A program made the translations under genes and the position numbers. From the NCBI GenBank assembly GCA_013044165.1, contig JABEVB010000177.1, forward strand, positions 821-64,820: DNA of 64,000 nt, read 5' to 3'. The notes under the pieces were generated by a model. The model ran no database searches. It was given only the letters and a program-made list of their open reading frames with translations, and was not told where the DNA came from. Source of the stretch: Phycisphaerales bacterium. GTDB lineage: Bacteria; Planctomycetota; Phycisphaerae; WQYP01. This document shows, in pieces, positions 1 through 10,243 of the stretch. Positions within the stretch are counted from its first letter, which is position 1. Each line of letters opens with the position of its first letter.

Positions 1-453
1 GGCTGGCCAGCGTATCCGATGGTGAGCCGGCAGAATTAAGACAAGTCCTGTTTTCATCGGTTTGGTTGGCAAAACGGCTGCATTAAACGCCGTTTGCGGG
101 CCTGCTGCAATGTGGTTTGACTATCGGGCCGGGCATTCTCGCATCATTGCAGCGGGGGCACTGCTGCGGCTGGCTTACAGGGCACACGAGTTGGCCGGCC
201 ACCGAGAGCGGCCTGCATTGCAATGGCTTACGGTTTGACTGCGACGTCCAACGTCAAAAATTAGCTCTCTGATGAAGGCCGTATTTACGGTTTTAAAACC
301 GTAGTAACTTTCAAAAATACTGTTTTTGTTGGCAAATAAGCGCGCTCGCTTGCGCACACTTGCAACAAGCCATGAAGTCAATAATAAGCAATGGTATCAA
401 TGGTTTTATCACATTTTCGGCCTGTTTTTTTGCTAATTCCCAAGCTGGACGTC

Positions 454-478
454 GTCGGTTCGAATCCGATCGCCCGCT
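454..478 (+). other. tRNA 3'-end fragment: T-arm (GTCGG-TTCGAAT-CCGAT) plus a 7-nt acceptor 3' strand (CGCCCGC) and discriminator, with no D-arm, anticodon arm or 5' acceptor upstream. Possible att-site remnant.
   Basis: Canonical GGTTCGAATCC T-loop with a foldable 5-bp T-stem seen directly. The upstream sequence is AT-rich and cannot pair with the acceptor strand. Confidence 0.4.
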
Positions 479-888
479 TTCCACGCAAGATTGCGCATAC
501 CGAATGCTAAACACTCTGTTTTAAAATGTTTTTTTGCTCTCACCGTGGCTTGCTTTTGCAAGGACAGTTGTCCTGCCCTATTTACTTTTGGTGCCGCAAA
601 GAGCGAGTTTGGGTGCCATGTACAGTGCCACCTTTTTCCGTCCCGTAGCAGGATTATTGGGGAATTGGTGGCGGCCACGGCATCTTGGTAATATCCACGA
701 GTTCTGTCTAGGGGCCTTTTCCCTCTACGTCGGCTGCGAAAAAGCTGTTTGCTCCCGGAGAGGTTGGGGCATTGTAGGGCTGCAGCCGAAGCGATTTGTT
801 TGAGAGCCATCCTACATGGCGGGGTCGTAGATTGCCCTCATAGTCTAAGTAAGAACCGCAGATTGATTTAAAATGGCTTCAAATCCGC

Positions 889-1878
889 TTGCCAAGTGGC
901 TTGATAGCGTCTAACTTTGCGGCCATGAGTGCTGCCGCTTCTGCAATGCCTGTACCAGCTAGACCGCAATCGCGAGCGCAATCGCCGTGGTTGCGCGCTG
1001 CACGGCGTTTTGTGGACCATCGAGGAGCGGTGGCGGCCTTGCTGCTGCTGATTGTCATTGCCTTATTTTGTTATTGTACGTTGCCTTGGTCGCTAAAGCA
1101 TTACAATTCGCAACATCTTAACCATGCACTAGCGGCGCCATCGTGGCGACACTGGTTTGGAACTGACCGCTTGGGACGGGACCTCGTGGCACGGTTTGCC
1201 TTTGGCGGAGCTATATCGCTGACGTTAGGTTTTTCGGCTGCGCTGATATCGGTGGTCATAGGTGTGAGCGTGGGATTGCTGGCTGGATACGCCGGTGGTC
1301 GTACCGATGCACTCTTGATGCGTGCGGTGGATGTGCTCTACGGATTGCCCTACATTTTGGTGGTGATTTTATTGCGTGTTGCTGTGGTTGGCCGATTAAC
1401 CAACTGGTTGGCTACCATACGATGCCCCGATTCTTCCGGGGTGGCCAGCGTGCTGGTGCTGCTGGCAGGCATTGGCGGCGTAAGTTGGCTGACGATGGCC
1501 CGCGTCATTCGGGCGCAGGTCATGAGTTTGCGCGACCAGCCGTTTGTAGAAGCTGCCCGAGCGGCTGGTTTGGCTCCGGCCCGCATTATGATACGCCACC
1601 TATTCCCGAACTTGGTGGGCGTGGTGGTGGTATATGCTACATTGATTGTGCCCGGGGCAATTCTGGCGGAATCGGCATTAAGCTTTTTAGGCCTTGGCGT
1701 GCAGCCGCCGGTGCCCACATGGGGAAGTTTGGCATCAGCAGGGGAACATGCCATCAACCCAATCCATATTCGCTGGTGGTTGATCGTATGGCCGTGTGCC
1801 GGTCTGAGCGTCGCTTTACTGTGCTTGTATGTGGTAGGTGACGCGGTGCGCGATGCATTAGACCCTCGCGGCCGGTAA
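889..1878 (+). CDS. ABC transporter permease, DppC/OppC family (binding-protein-dependent inner membrane component), with N-terminal extension
   Basis: HWFGTDRLGRDL and EAARAAGL..RIMIRHLFPN motifs typical of DppC/OppC. Multiple TM segments. The start may be the internal Met at about 925. Confidence 0.8.
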   Translation: MPSGLIASNFAAMSAAASAMPVPARPQSRAQSPWLRAARRFVDHRGAVAALLLLIVIALFCYCTLPWSLKHYNSQHLNHALAAPSWRHWFGTDRLGRDLVARFAFGGAISLTLGFSAALISVVIGVSVGLLAGYAGGRTDALLMRAVDVLYGLPYILVVILLRVAVVGRLTNWLATIRCPDSSGVASVLVLLAGIGGVSWLTMARVIRAQVMSLRDQPFVEAARAAGLAPARIMIRHLFPNLVGVVVVYATLIVPGAILAESALSFLGLGVQPPVPTWGSLASAGEHAINPIHIRWWLIVWPCAGLSVALLCLYVVGDAVRDALDPRGR

Positions 1879-1961
1879 AATATAAGGCCATTCGGCCGCT
1901 TGGCCGAATGCGGTCGCATGCGAGTAGGAGAGTGCTCTATGAAAAGTCCGCAGGAGACTCA

Positions 1962-3869
1962 ATGAACAACCGCTTTGGCGTAAAAGATTTGTTTTATGTT
2001 TTTCTGCTCTTGGCACTCCTGGGAGCCGTTCTGCTGGAAGTAGGGCAATCGGCCTATCAGGGGCGTCAGATCATAGCCTTGCAGGGAGATATTCAGCGTT
2101 TAAACGATATGCAAATGCGGCAGCTTGAGGTGCTGAAGCACATTGAAAATTCGCTGGCAGTCTTGCCGAGCCATTTGCGCAGCACCGATGTCAAACCCGT
2201 AAGAGGTGGAGCTGTTGCAACCGAGGCGGGTAGCGGGCAAAGTGCCAAGCCCATTCGCGAAACCCTGCCGGATGGATCGCGTTATGTGTATTATCCCAGG
2301 CCGCCGCTGTCCTCACATAATCCATTTTCACGGTCCGATTACGCCCAAGGCGATTGGTTGGTGCTGGACTTAAACGAAGACCCGTCAACGCTCGTGCCAT
2401 ATGTACCACAGGGAGAGGGGGCCTACCTTGTGCAGGGGTATGTTCTTGAGACACTGCTGATTCAAAGCTCCGTCACATTGCAGTGGGAGCCGTGGCTTGC
2501 CCAGAGCTATCGCGTGGCGAAAAATGGTCTGAAGATATGGGTAACGCTGCGACCTAACGTAATGTTCAGCGATGGGGTACCGGTGACGAGCAAGGATGTC
2601 GTATTTAGTTTCAATACACTTATGAATCCGAAAATAAACGATGCGCCCATGCGGTCGTCGTATACCGATTTTGAGTCCTGCAAAGCGATTAATTCACGCG
2701 AGGTAGTGTTTACGCTGCACCATCCCTATTTTCAGGCGTTGGCGAATGTAGGTGCTTTGCAGATTGTTCCAGAGCACATTTATAAGTTTAAGCGTGCAAA
2801 GGATTTTAATAATCAGCCGCCGGGGCGCCTGATCGGCAGCGGCCCCTATGTGCTGCAAGGCTGGCAGCGGGGGCAGCAATTGACACTGGTGCGCAACCCG
2901 CGTTATTGGGGGCCAGCGCCGACGTTTAACCGTGTTGTTTATCGGTTTATTGAAAGTCCGCAGGCCTCAATGCAAGATTATTTGAAAGGATCGCTGGATG
3001 CCGTAAGCCCGAGAGCCGCGCAGTACACACGGTTTACCAAAGATCCGCAGTTTGTGAAGCATAATATCTATTATAACTACCATACACCATCGGACGGATA
3101 CCTGTATATATGCTGGAATTTGCGGCTGCCAATGTTTCATGATCGCACCACACGCACCGCGCTGGCCATGCTGGTGGACCGCAACGCCATCATCAATTCC
3201 TTTCTTCATGGCTTGGCCGTGCCTATAAACGGGCCCTTTAGCGTTTTTTCTCCACAGAACAATAAGCAGGTTAAACCTATTGCCTACAGTGTGGCCGAGG
3301 CGCGGGCACTGTTGCACAAGGCGGGTTGGGTGAAAAACTCCGATGACATTTTGGAGCGGGGGGGAAAACCCTTCGAGTTCACCCTGACAATACCGAGCAG
3401 CGCAACAACGCTTGCGCAGATTGCCGGATATATTCAGCACCAGTACGCCCGCGTTGGCATTCGGGTAAATGTCAGTCCGATGCAGTTCGAGGTAATGCTC
3501 AAGCGAATAGACAGCCGTTCGTTTCAGTCGTATTGCCTGGCGTGGACCGGCTCCATTGAGCAGGACCCGTATCAAATATGGGATTCGGCCAGCATCGCCG
3601 ACAAAGGCAGCAATGCTGGTGGCTATAGCAATCCAGAGGTGGACAAATTAATTGCCGAAGCCCGCTCCAACCTTAACACGACGAGCCGGATGCACCAGTG
3701 GCATCAAATACAAGCGATCATATATCATGATCAGCCCTATCTGTTTCTATTTCAGCAATATGACATGATGTTTATTAATCATCGCTTTCGGAACACCAAA
3801 CCTTATGGATACTATGGCATAAACACCGGCGACTGGTACGTGCCGCTGGCGTTGCAGAAGTATCACTAA
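1962..3869 (+). CDS. ABC transporter substrate-binding protein, family 5 (peptide/nickel, DppA/OppA-like), N-terminal TM anchor plus coiled-coil linker
   Basis: SBP_bac_5-like core, about 500 aa. Start trimmed to MNNRF, preceded by AGGAG. N-terminal hydrophobic helix, then a Q/L-rich segment. Confidence 0.8.
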   Translation: MNNRFGVKDLFYVFLLLALLGAVLLEVGQSAYQGRQIIALQGDIQRLNDMQMRQLEVLKHIENSLAVLPSHLRSTDVKPVRGGAVATEAGSGQSAKPIRETLPDGSRYVYYPRPPLSSHNPFSRSDYAQGDWLVLDLNEDPSTLVPYVPQGEGAYLVQGYVLETLLIQSSVTLQWEPWLAQSYRVAKNGLKIWVTLRPNVMFSDGVPVTSKDVVFSFNTLMNPKINDAPMRSSYTDFESCKAINSREVVFTLHHPYFQALANVGALQIVPEHIYKFKRAKDFNNQPPGRLIGSGPYVLQGWQRGQQLTLVRNPRYWGPAPTFNRVVYRFIESPQASMQDYLKGSLDAVSPRAAQYTRFTKDPQFVKHNIYYNYHTPSDGYLYICWNLRLPMFHDRTTRTALAMLVDRNAIINSFLHGLAVPINGPFSVFSPQNNKQVKPIAYSVAEARALLHKAGWVKNSDDILERGGKPFEFTLTIPSSATTLAQIAGYIQHQYARVGIRVNVSPMQFEVMLKRIDSRSFQSYCLAWTGSIEQDPYQIWDSASIADKGSNAGGYSNPEVDKLIAEARSNLNTTSRMHQWHQIQAIIYHDQPYLFLFQQYDMMFINHRFRNTKPYGYYGINTGDWYVPLALQKYH

Positions 3870-3903
3870 GTTTTATCATTGGCAGGCCCGTTAGGATCAA
3901 CTG

Positions 3904-4914
3904 ATGCTCAATTACATAATCCGTCGCCTGCTCCTGATGATACCGACATTGTTCATCATGTCATTTATGCTGTTTGCCATTGTTCGCTTTGCACCTGGTC
4001 TAGCGCATCCCGGTGCCGGCGGTACGACCGGTAAGTTAAATTCACGCCAGGCTCAGAAAGAGCAGGAACTTGAGATAAAACGGCGGCTGCACCTGGTGGA
4101 TCGCTTTGGCCATCCGATCAGTGTGCCGATGCAATATTGGCTCTGGGTGCGAGACATCGCCGAGGGGCATTTTGGAATGTCATACCAGTACGATGAGCCG
4201 GTGCTCACGCTGATCGCGCAACGGCTGCCGGTGACAATTACCTTGAATTTGATCGCCACTGTCATTATCTACATTATTGCGGTGCCGGGTGGAATGCTTG
4301 CGGCCGTGCAGCGAGGGAGGTGGTTTGACCGGGGCTTTGGCTTTTTGACACTGGCACTTTATTCATTGCCCTCCATCTGGGTAGGGTCAATGCTGCTGGG
4401 CTTTTTGGCGAATCCACAATTTTTGGATTGGTTTCCGGCGGCGGGTATTCATACCACTGATACATCGCACATGACGTATTTTCAGTATTTAGGGGACTAT
4501 TGTTATCACATCGCATTACCGTTGGTATGCTATGTGTACGGTGGTTTTGCGGTGCTGTCAAAGCAGGTTCGGGCGGCCATGCTCGACAATATGCGGCAGG
4601 ATTATGTTCGCACAGCGCGTGCGAAGGGGGTAGGTAACTGGACGTTGACTGTTAGACATATTTTTCGCAATAGTTTGTTGCCTCTGATTACGATTTCGGC
4701 CGGCGTTTTGCCGGGCTTACTGGCCGGTTCGGTGATTGTTGAGCAGATATTTTCAATTCGCGGTATGGGTGCCCTGGCGTATAAAGCGACATTTGGGCAT
4801 GATTTGCCGGTGTTGCAAATGGTAGGGTTGGTTGGCGGCATCATCGGCCTTCTGGCAGATCTGATTACTGATTTGTGCTATGCGGTGGCGGATCCGAGGG
4901 TTTCCTATGAATAG
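3904..4914 (+). CDS. ABC transporter permease, DppB/OppB family
   Basis: Six-TM BPD_transp_1 architecture and a conserved RTARAKG-like motif. Confidence 0.85.
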   Translation: MLNYIIRRLLLMIPTLFIMSFMLFAIVRFAPGLAHPGAGGTTGKLNSRQAQKEQELEIKRRLHLVDRFGHPISVPMQYWLWVRDIAEGHFGMSYQYDEPVLTLIAQRLPVTITLNLIATVIIYIIAVPGGMLAAVQRGRWFDRGFGFLTLALYSLPSIWVGSMLLGFLANPQFLDWFPAAGIHTTDTSHMTYFQYLGDYCYHIALPLVCYVYGGFAVLSKQVRAAMLDNMRQDYVRTARAKGVGNWTLTVRHIFRNSLLPLITISAGVLPGLLAGSVIVEQIFSIRGMGALAYKATFGHDLPVLQMVGLVGGIIGLLADLITDLCYAVADPRVSYE

Positions 4915-6163
4915 CTTGGAACCATCACTGCCATCAGAAACAATGATGCCAAGGCTTTTAAGCCAGCGTCCTCGCTCATACTGGGACAACGTGCTGGCCT
5001 CGGCGGTGCGACCATGGGCGGTTAAGATTTCGGTTGCATATCTTGTGGCGCTGTCGCTGCTTGCGGTTCTCATACCGTTTATCGCCAACTCACGACCCTA
5101 TACCGTTGTTGTCTCTGCGCACAATTCAATGCAGGCCAAGCGGTTGTATCCTTTGTTTCGTTCGCTTACGCGTTTAGATTTGATCGTGCTGGTATGGGCT
5201 GGAGTTGTGGTATGGTGCGTGCTGCATCAATGGCTTACGCGCAAGGAATCGGACCTTGTTCGGCGCCGCCAGAGGCGATGGCGCGTCATGATTCTTGCTG
5301 CTTTTGCGGCAATTGCTCTGACGACACTGATTGGTATTTTTCGACATAATGTCCTTGACGTCACAAACTATACGCGGCTTGTAGCCGAGGGCAAAGCCCA
5401 TGGGGCGATCTTTGCGCCCATTAAGTGGGGCTATGCAGACATGGAGCCGCTGAGACGCGACTTGATTAACAAGATGCCTATGCCGGGCCATCCGCTTGGC
5501 ACAGACGGGCAGGGGCGGGATGTGCTGGCGCGACTGCTATGGTCGGCGCGGGTGGCGATGAGTGTAGGCTTTGTGAGCCAAATTATTGCATTGGTGATTG
5601 GCGTGTTTTGTGGTGCTGTAGACGGATATTTCTCAGGAATCGTTGATTTATTATTTATGCGATTTGTGGAGGCGGTGGAAGCAATTCCAACGCTTATATT
5701 GATTCTTATTTTTGTTGCAACGTTTGGCCGCAACATCATGGCTATTATGGTTATTTTGGGCGTAACGGGCTGGACTGGCTACGCTCGTTTTGTGCGAGCG
5801 GAGTTTCTTCGGCTGCGCAGTTTGGATTATGTGGCCGCTGCACGGGCGGCGGGCTTGCCGTTGTGGAGAGTGCTATTCAGGTACATGCTTCCGAATGGCA
5901 TAACACCGGTGCTGGTATCTGCGAGCTTTGGCTTTGCCGGAGCGGTTACAATCGAATCGGGCTTGAGCTTTTTGGGCGTAGGGGTGCGGCCGCCAACGGC
6001 ATCGTGGGGGCAAATGCTTAATGAGGCTGGCAATCCAGCGACGGTGTTTCGCTGGTGGGAGGCGATTGGGCCGGGATTGGCGATTTTTCTTACCGTGATG
6101 GCATTTAACGTAATTGGACAGGCACTGCGAGACGCCATTGATCCACATGGAGAAGCCTTATGA
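4907..6163 (+). CDS. ABC transporter permease, DppC/OppC family, with extra N-terminal TM region
   Basis: HPLGTDGQGRDVLARL and AAARAAGLPLWRVLFRYMLPN motifs. Start trimmed to MNSLEP (GAGGG RBS), overlapping the upstream gene by 8 nt. Confidence 0.8.
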   Translation: MNSLEPSLPSETMMPRLLSQRPRSYWDNVLASAVRPWAVKISVAYLVALSLLAVLIPFIANSRPYTVVVSAHNSMQAKRLYPLFRSLTRLDLIVLVWAGVVVWCVLHQWLTRKESDLVRRRQRRWRVMILAAFAAIALTTLIGIFRHNVLDVTNYTRLVAEGKAHGAIFAPIKWGYADMEPLRRDLINKMPMPGHPLGTDGQGRDVLARLLWSARVAMSVGFVSQIIALVIGVFCGAVDGYFSGIVDLLFMRFVEAVEAIPTLILILIFVATFGRNIMAIMVILGVTGWTGYARFVRAEFLRLRSLDYVAAARAAGLPLWRVLFRYMLPNGITPVLVSASFGFAGAVTIESGLSFLGVGVRPPTASWGQMLNEAGNPATVFRWWEAIGPGLAIFLTVMAFNVIGQALRDAIDPHGEAL

Positions 6164-7257
6164 GTTTGAAGCAGAGTGCGTTGACTACCGCAGCGTTTGA
6201 ACCTTGGCTCAAGGTGGACGATTTACATACCGAGTTTCGGGGTGGACGGGGTTCGAAGTCGGTGGTGCACGCGGCCGACGGCGTTTCATTTTCGGTTTAT
6301 GGCGGCCAAATGATGGCACTTGTGGGCGAATCGGGCTGTGGCAAGAGCGCAACGGCAATGTCGGTTCTGCGGCTTATTCCGTCGCCACCGGGCTACATTA
6401 CCGGCGGACGGATTGTGTACAAAGGCCGCAATTTGCTGGCGCTTAGTGAAAAGGAGATGCGGCAGGTTCGCGGTGGGCAGATCGCCATGATCTTTCAGGA
6501 GCCTATGACAAGTCTCAACCCGGTGTTCACCATAGGAGATCAAATAACCGAGGCGATTTTGCTGCATCAGAAGGTGGGAATGTCGGAAGCTATGGACATT
6601 GCCGCCAATGCCATGACGCGTGTAGGCATAGCGGATGCCAAACGGCGACTTGGCGAGTATCCGCACCAGTTATCGGGTGGTATGAAACAGCGTGTGATGA
6701 TTGCCATGGCGCTGGCCTGCCAGCCGGCGGTGCTTATAGCCGATGAACCGACCACGGCGTTGGATGTAACGATTCAGGCGCAGATTCTGGAGTTGCTGCA
6801 AGAACTCAAAGAAAGCACCGGCATGGCGGTTGTGCTGATTACACACGACTTGGGCATTGTTGCGGAAAACGCCGATACCGTGGCTATCATGTATGCTGGA
6901 AGAATTGTGGAATTTGCGGATGTTTACGAAATATTCGACAACCCACTGCACCCTTATACGCAGGGACTGCTGAGTTGTGTGCCACGACTGGGTCACGAGC
7001 ACGAGCGGCTCGTGACCATCCCCGGCAATGTGCCAGAGCCACATACATGGAGCAATGGCTGTCGCTTTACGGATCGCTGCACCGTATGCACCGAAGAGGA
7101 GAAGGCTTTATGTAACGCCGGTCTTCCGGAGTTGCGGCAGGTTGCAGCCAATCATTGGGTGGCGAGTTATCATGCCGCAGGCTATGCCACGGCAAGCGCA
7201 GTGCCACCGGCCAGCAATTTTCGTCGAAAGGCGGCCTTGTCCGAGCTAAAAGTCTAG
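6160..7257 (+). CDS. ABC transporter ATP-binding protein, DppD/OppD-like
   Basis: Walker A GESGCGKS, signature LSGGMKQR, Walker [12 protein letters not shown], and a C-terminal oligopeptide-transporter (TOBE-like) extension. Confidence 0.9.
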   Translation: MSLKQSALTTAAFEPWLKVDDLHTEFRGGRGSKSVVHAADGVSFSVYGGQMMALVGESGCGKSATAMSVLRLIPSPPGYITGGRIVYKGRNLLALSEKEMRQVRGGQIAMIFQEPMTSLNPVFTIGDQITEAILLHQKVGMSEAMDIAANAMTRVGIADAKRRLGEYPHQLSGGMKQRVMIAMALACQPAVLIADEPTTALDVTIQAQILELLQELKESTGMAVVLITHDLGIVAENADTVAIMYAGRIVEFADVYEIFDNPLHPYTQGLLSCVPRLGHEHERLVTIPGNVPEPHTWSNGCRFTDRCTVCTEEEKALCNAGLPELRQVAANHWVASYHAAGYATASAVPPASNFRRKAALSELKV

Positions 7258-7275
7258 GCAAACGCAGGGATTATT

Positions 7276-8316
7276 ATGATTACAAGTCAACATAGCAATA
7301 GTGCTGCGGACGCATCGGCGAACCGGCAAATTGGCGAGCCATTGCTGAGCGTCAATCACTTGAGCGTACATTTTCCGATTGGCCGGACGCTCTTCGGCTC
7401 TCCGACGGGCGTTGTCAGGGCTGTGGAGGATGTATCGCTCTACATAAATGGGGGCGAGACGCTTGGACTTGTTGGAGAATCGGGCTGCGGCAAAACCACG
7501 ACGGGCCGAGCTATCTTGCGTCTGCTGCCGGAAGGCTCTGCCCGCATCAGCGGAGAGGTCAACTTCAAGGGAGTTGATATGTATCGCATGTCGCAGAGAC
7601 AGCTTCGGCCATTGCGACGGCACCTCCAGATTATTTTTCAGGACCCTGCTGGCTCTCTGAATCCGCGGATGAACATCGGCGACATGATTGCCGAACCGAT
7701 GGTGGTGCATGGCCTTGCCGACAAGCGAGAAGCTCCAAATGTAGCGGGTGAATTGCTTGAACGCGTAGGGCTGCCTGCGGCCGCGGCAGGGCGGTACCCA
7801 CACGAGTTTTCGGGCGGGCAGAGGCAGCGCATCGGTATTGCGCGGGCGCTGGCGCTTAAGCCTGACCTTATTGTATGTGATGAGCCGGTGTCGGCTTTGG
7901 ATGTTTCCATTCAGGCACAGATACTTAACCTGTTGGAAGACCTGCAATCGGAACTGGGGTTGGCATACTTATTTATTGCCCACAATCTGGCGGTCGTTGA
8001 GCATTTTTCAGATCGGATTGCGGTCATGTATCTTGGGCGAATTGTCGAAACAGCGCCCTCGAAAGAACTATGCCGAAATCCACGGCATCCTTATACACAG
8101 GCGTTGCTTTCCGCCGTGCCGAAGCCCGAACCACGCAAGCTTGACCGCCGCATTGTTCTGGCGGGTGAAGTGCCAAGCCCGGCCAAACCACCCAGTGGTT
8201 GTGCATTTCATCCGCGATGCCCACTGGCTACCGAGCGATGCAAGCAGCAGATGCCTCCACTGGAGCCAAAACAGGGCGGCCCGGGGCATTTGGCCGCGTG
8301 TTGGGAAACCAAATAG
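7276..8316 (+). CDS. ABC transporter ATP-binding protein, DppF/OppF-like
   Basis: Walker [10 protein letters not shown], signature FSGGQRQR, Walker [13 protein letters not shown]. Confidence 0.9.
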   Translation: MITSQHSNSAADASANRQIGEPLLSVNHLSVHFPIGRTLFGSPTGVVRAVEDVSLYINGGETLGLVGESGCGKTTTGRAILRLLPEGSARISGEVNFKGVDMYRMSQRQLRPLRRHLQIIFQDPAGSLNPRMNIGDMIAEPMVVHGLADKREAPNVAGELLERVGLPAAAAGRYPHEFSGGQRQRIGIARALALKPDLIVCDEPVSALDVSIQAQILNLLEDLQSELGLAYLFIAHNLAVVEHFSDRIAVMYLGRIVETAPSKELCRNPRHPYTQALLSAVPKPEPRKLDRRIVLAGEVPSPAKPPSGCAFHPRCPLATERCKQQMPPLEPKQGGPGHLAACWETK

Positions 8317-8368
8317 ACTGCTGCTGCACTTGTAAATGTGTGGCGTGGACGAAGCGCATAAGAGCCGG

Positions 8369-9598
8369 CTAAGAAGCGGCTTCCTCGGAAGACCATGTCT
8401 GGGCGATGCGCAAAAACAGTTCCTGATTTGCCTCAGTAAACTCCTGCTCGCGCCGAGCCATTACAATTTTAGCAATTTGCAGGGCCTTGTTGAGGTCAAT
8501 TTTTCCTATGCCCCGATCGGTAACCCAGGCAAAGCTTGGCACATACTTCGGTGGTCGCGAGATAAGAATATGGCTCGAGAATCCAATGACAGTTCCTGTG
8601 CTAAGACAAACGCCTACGGCAAGTTTGGCATGGTCGCCAATGACAGAGCCGAGAAATTGCAGGTCGGTGGAGATATCAGCACCCTTAACCGTCATCCGCA
8701 CGGAGCCATAAGTGTTTTTCAAATTGCTGGTGGTCACACCCGCTCCCAGGTTGACCCATTCACCAACAACGCTGTGCCCCACGAAACCATAATGCTGCTT
8801 ATTGGAGTTGGCGAAAAAGATGGACGAGACAACCTCGCCACCAATGCGGCAACTGCGGCCAATGGAGGTATCGCCGCGGATGTCAGCGCCGGTACGAATG
8901 ACGCAATCGCGGCCAATAAACACCGGCCCGGTTATAACCGCATGTGGCCCGATGTGGGTGCCTGATTCAATCATGATCGGGCCTTTGCGAGCGTCGAGCA
9001 CCGCGCCAGGATCAATGGCGACGTCCCGGGCGATGTTCATGTTGTCGGGGTTGAGCAGGTGCGTTCCCGGCAGCGGCTGGCTGTCGAGGGCGCGGCCCCG
9101 CCTGGCAAAGTCATCCAGCATTGCCTGATGCTGCAGCTTAAGTAAATCCCACGGATACTCAACCAGCTTCGCTTCAACACCTTCGAGTCCTATGTGGGGC
9201 AGCATGTCGTTTAAGGCTTTGGATCCAACCAGACGGCGCAAGTCGAGCTTGGCCATGTTATCGGCGGATAAATGCATCCATACAACCTGATTGTTGACCA
9301 TTGCGGCGCTGTCAACTTTCGGCTCGGTGAAGGGGGCGTCCATCAGCCAGCGGCCGTTGATGAAGATGGCGCTCTTGGCTTTATTGATTTTTGGGTTGAT
9401 GGGGAGTTTGAAGGTCTGGCGCAGCTTATTGACCATTCGATCACGCACCAGCAATCCCGAGATTGGCTGATGAATAAAGTACATCATTCGGTCCAGCAGG
9501 GTATAAGCGCCGCACCTTAACAAAAATGCCGGGCGTGAATAGGTAAGTGGATAAAGCTGGTCGAGTTGTCCATCTTCTAGAATGTATATGGGGGTCAT
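8369..9598 (-). CDS. Hexapeptide-repeat (left-handed beta-helix) protein, GlmU/sugar-nucleotidyltransferase-like, whose N-terminal domain lacks the G-rich NTP loop
   Basis: C-terminal half is full of [LIV]G..[ST]..[LIV] hexapeptide repeats (IGRDCVIRTGADIRGDTSIGRSCRIGGEV...). The N-terminus resembles NTP-transferase folds, but no GGxGTRL motif was seen. Start trimmed to MTPIYIL. Confidence 0.6.
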   Translation of the reverse strand: MTPIYILEDGQLDQLYPLTYSRPAFLLRCGAYTLLDRMMYFIHQPISGLLVRDRMVNKLRQTFKLPINPKINKAKSAIFINGRWLMDAPFTEPKVDSAAMVNNQVVWMHLSADNMAKLDLRRLVGSKALNDMLPHIGLEGVEAKLVEYPWDLLKLQHQAMLDDFARRGRALDSQPLPGTHLLNPDNMNIARDVAIDPGAVLDARKGPIMIESGTHIGPHAVITGPVFIGRDCVIRTGADIRGDTSIGRSCRIGGEVVSSIFFANSNKQHYGFVGHSVVGEWVNLGAGVTTSNLKNTYGSVRMTVKGADISTDLQFLGSVIGDHAKLAVGVCLSTGTVIGFSSHILISRPPKYVPSFAWVTDRGIGKIDLNKALQIAKIVMARREQEFTEANQELFLRIAQTWSSEEAAS

Positions 9599-10243
9599 AC
9601 GCGGTCCTCTGTGGTGCAAGGCGATCGGCAGGAAGGCATCAGAACTCGCATGTGGGTGCGGCCGATTCCGCCGGAGAGACCTTTCGCGGGAAAAAAGGAT
9701 GGGGCGGCGCGGTCAGCACTGCACGGAATCCGCACCACGCATGGCGATGCGTGCCCCACACATACTCCGGGCAGGGCAGATACGACGCCGCCCCCAGCCG
9801 AAGATATTATCGGAATGACTCATGCTTAATCATTAAAAAACCTCCACCGTTCTGCCGTGAGGCGGTAAAGTTCGAACCCTTATTACAAGGGCGGACCATC
9901 TGTACGCCAGTTCCAAACTTCCACAACTGCGGATAAATCCGCCAGGCTTGTTCTTGCGCCGACGCATCAGGGTCCTGTGCAATGTTCATCGGTCCGAAGC
10001 AGTAAAGCCGCGCTAACTCGAACATGGCAGAGGTGAATCCTATTTACACCACCCACGCATGGAATGCAACTGCGAATGATCGCTCTACGTTGCCAGCAAT
10101 AATCAGACTGCGTGTGCAGGGGCCGCTGGATCGCTATGGAGGCCAGATGATTTTTAGGGCAAGAGAGTGGTTCATTCGGGCTGGAATGTCGGCTTCATTT
10201 TGATGTGAAATTGTAATTGTCGGTGAAAGATGGTTTAACGATG

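Noticed and set aside
402-478. A complete tRNA gene ending at 478.
   Set aside because: Only the T-arm and acceptor 3' strand fold. No complementary 5' acceptor strand, D-arm or anticodon arm exists in the AT-rich sequence upstream.
1350-1919. Numerous 60-200-aa ORFs antisense to or overlapping confidently assigned genes (for example 1350-1919, 6286-6666, 13327-13884, 18614-19153, 24675-25403, 61528-62043).
   Set aside because: This is the high-GC shadow-ORF phenomenon. Each is fully embedded in a gene with strong homology-like motifs and has no features of its own.
8340-8390. Rho-independent terminator between the convergent ABC operon and the LbH gene.
   Set aside because: The candidate stem (GAGCCGGC...GCGGCTTC) is imperfect, overlaps the stop codon of the minus-strand gene, and lacks a T-tract. 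Not reported as a feature.
9807-10025. 72-aa ORF in the gap downstream of MoxR as a real gene.
   Set aside because: No RBS in a sensible position, no domain, and it shares the gap with equally short ORFs in other frames. More likely non-coding.
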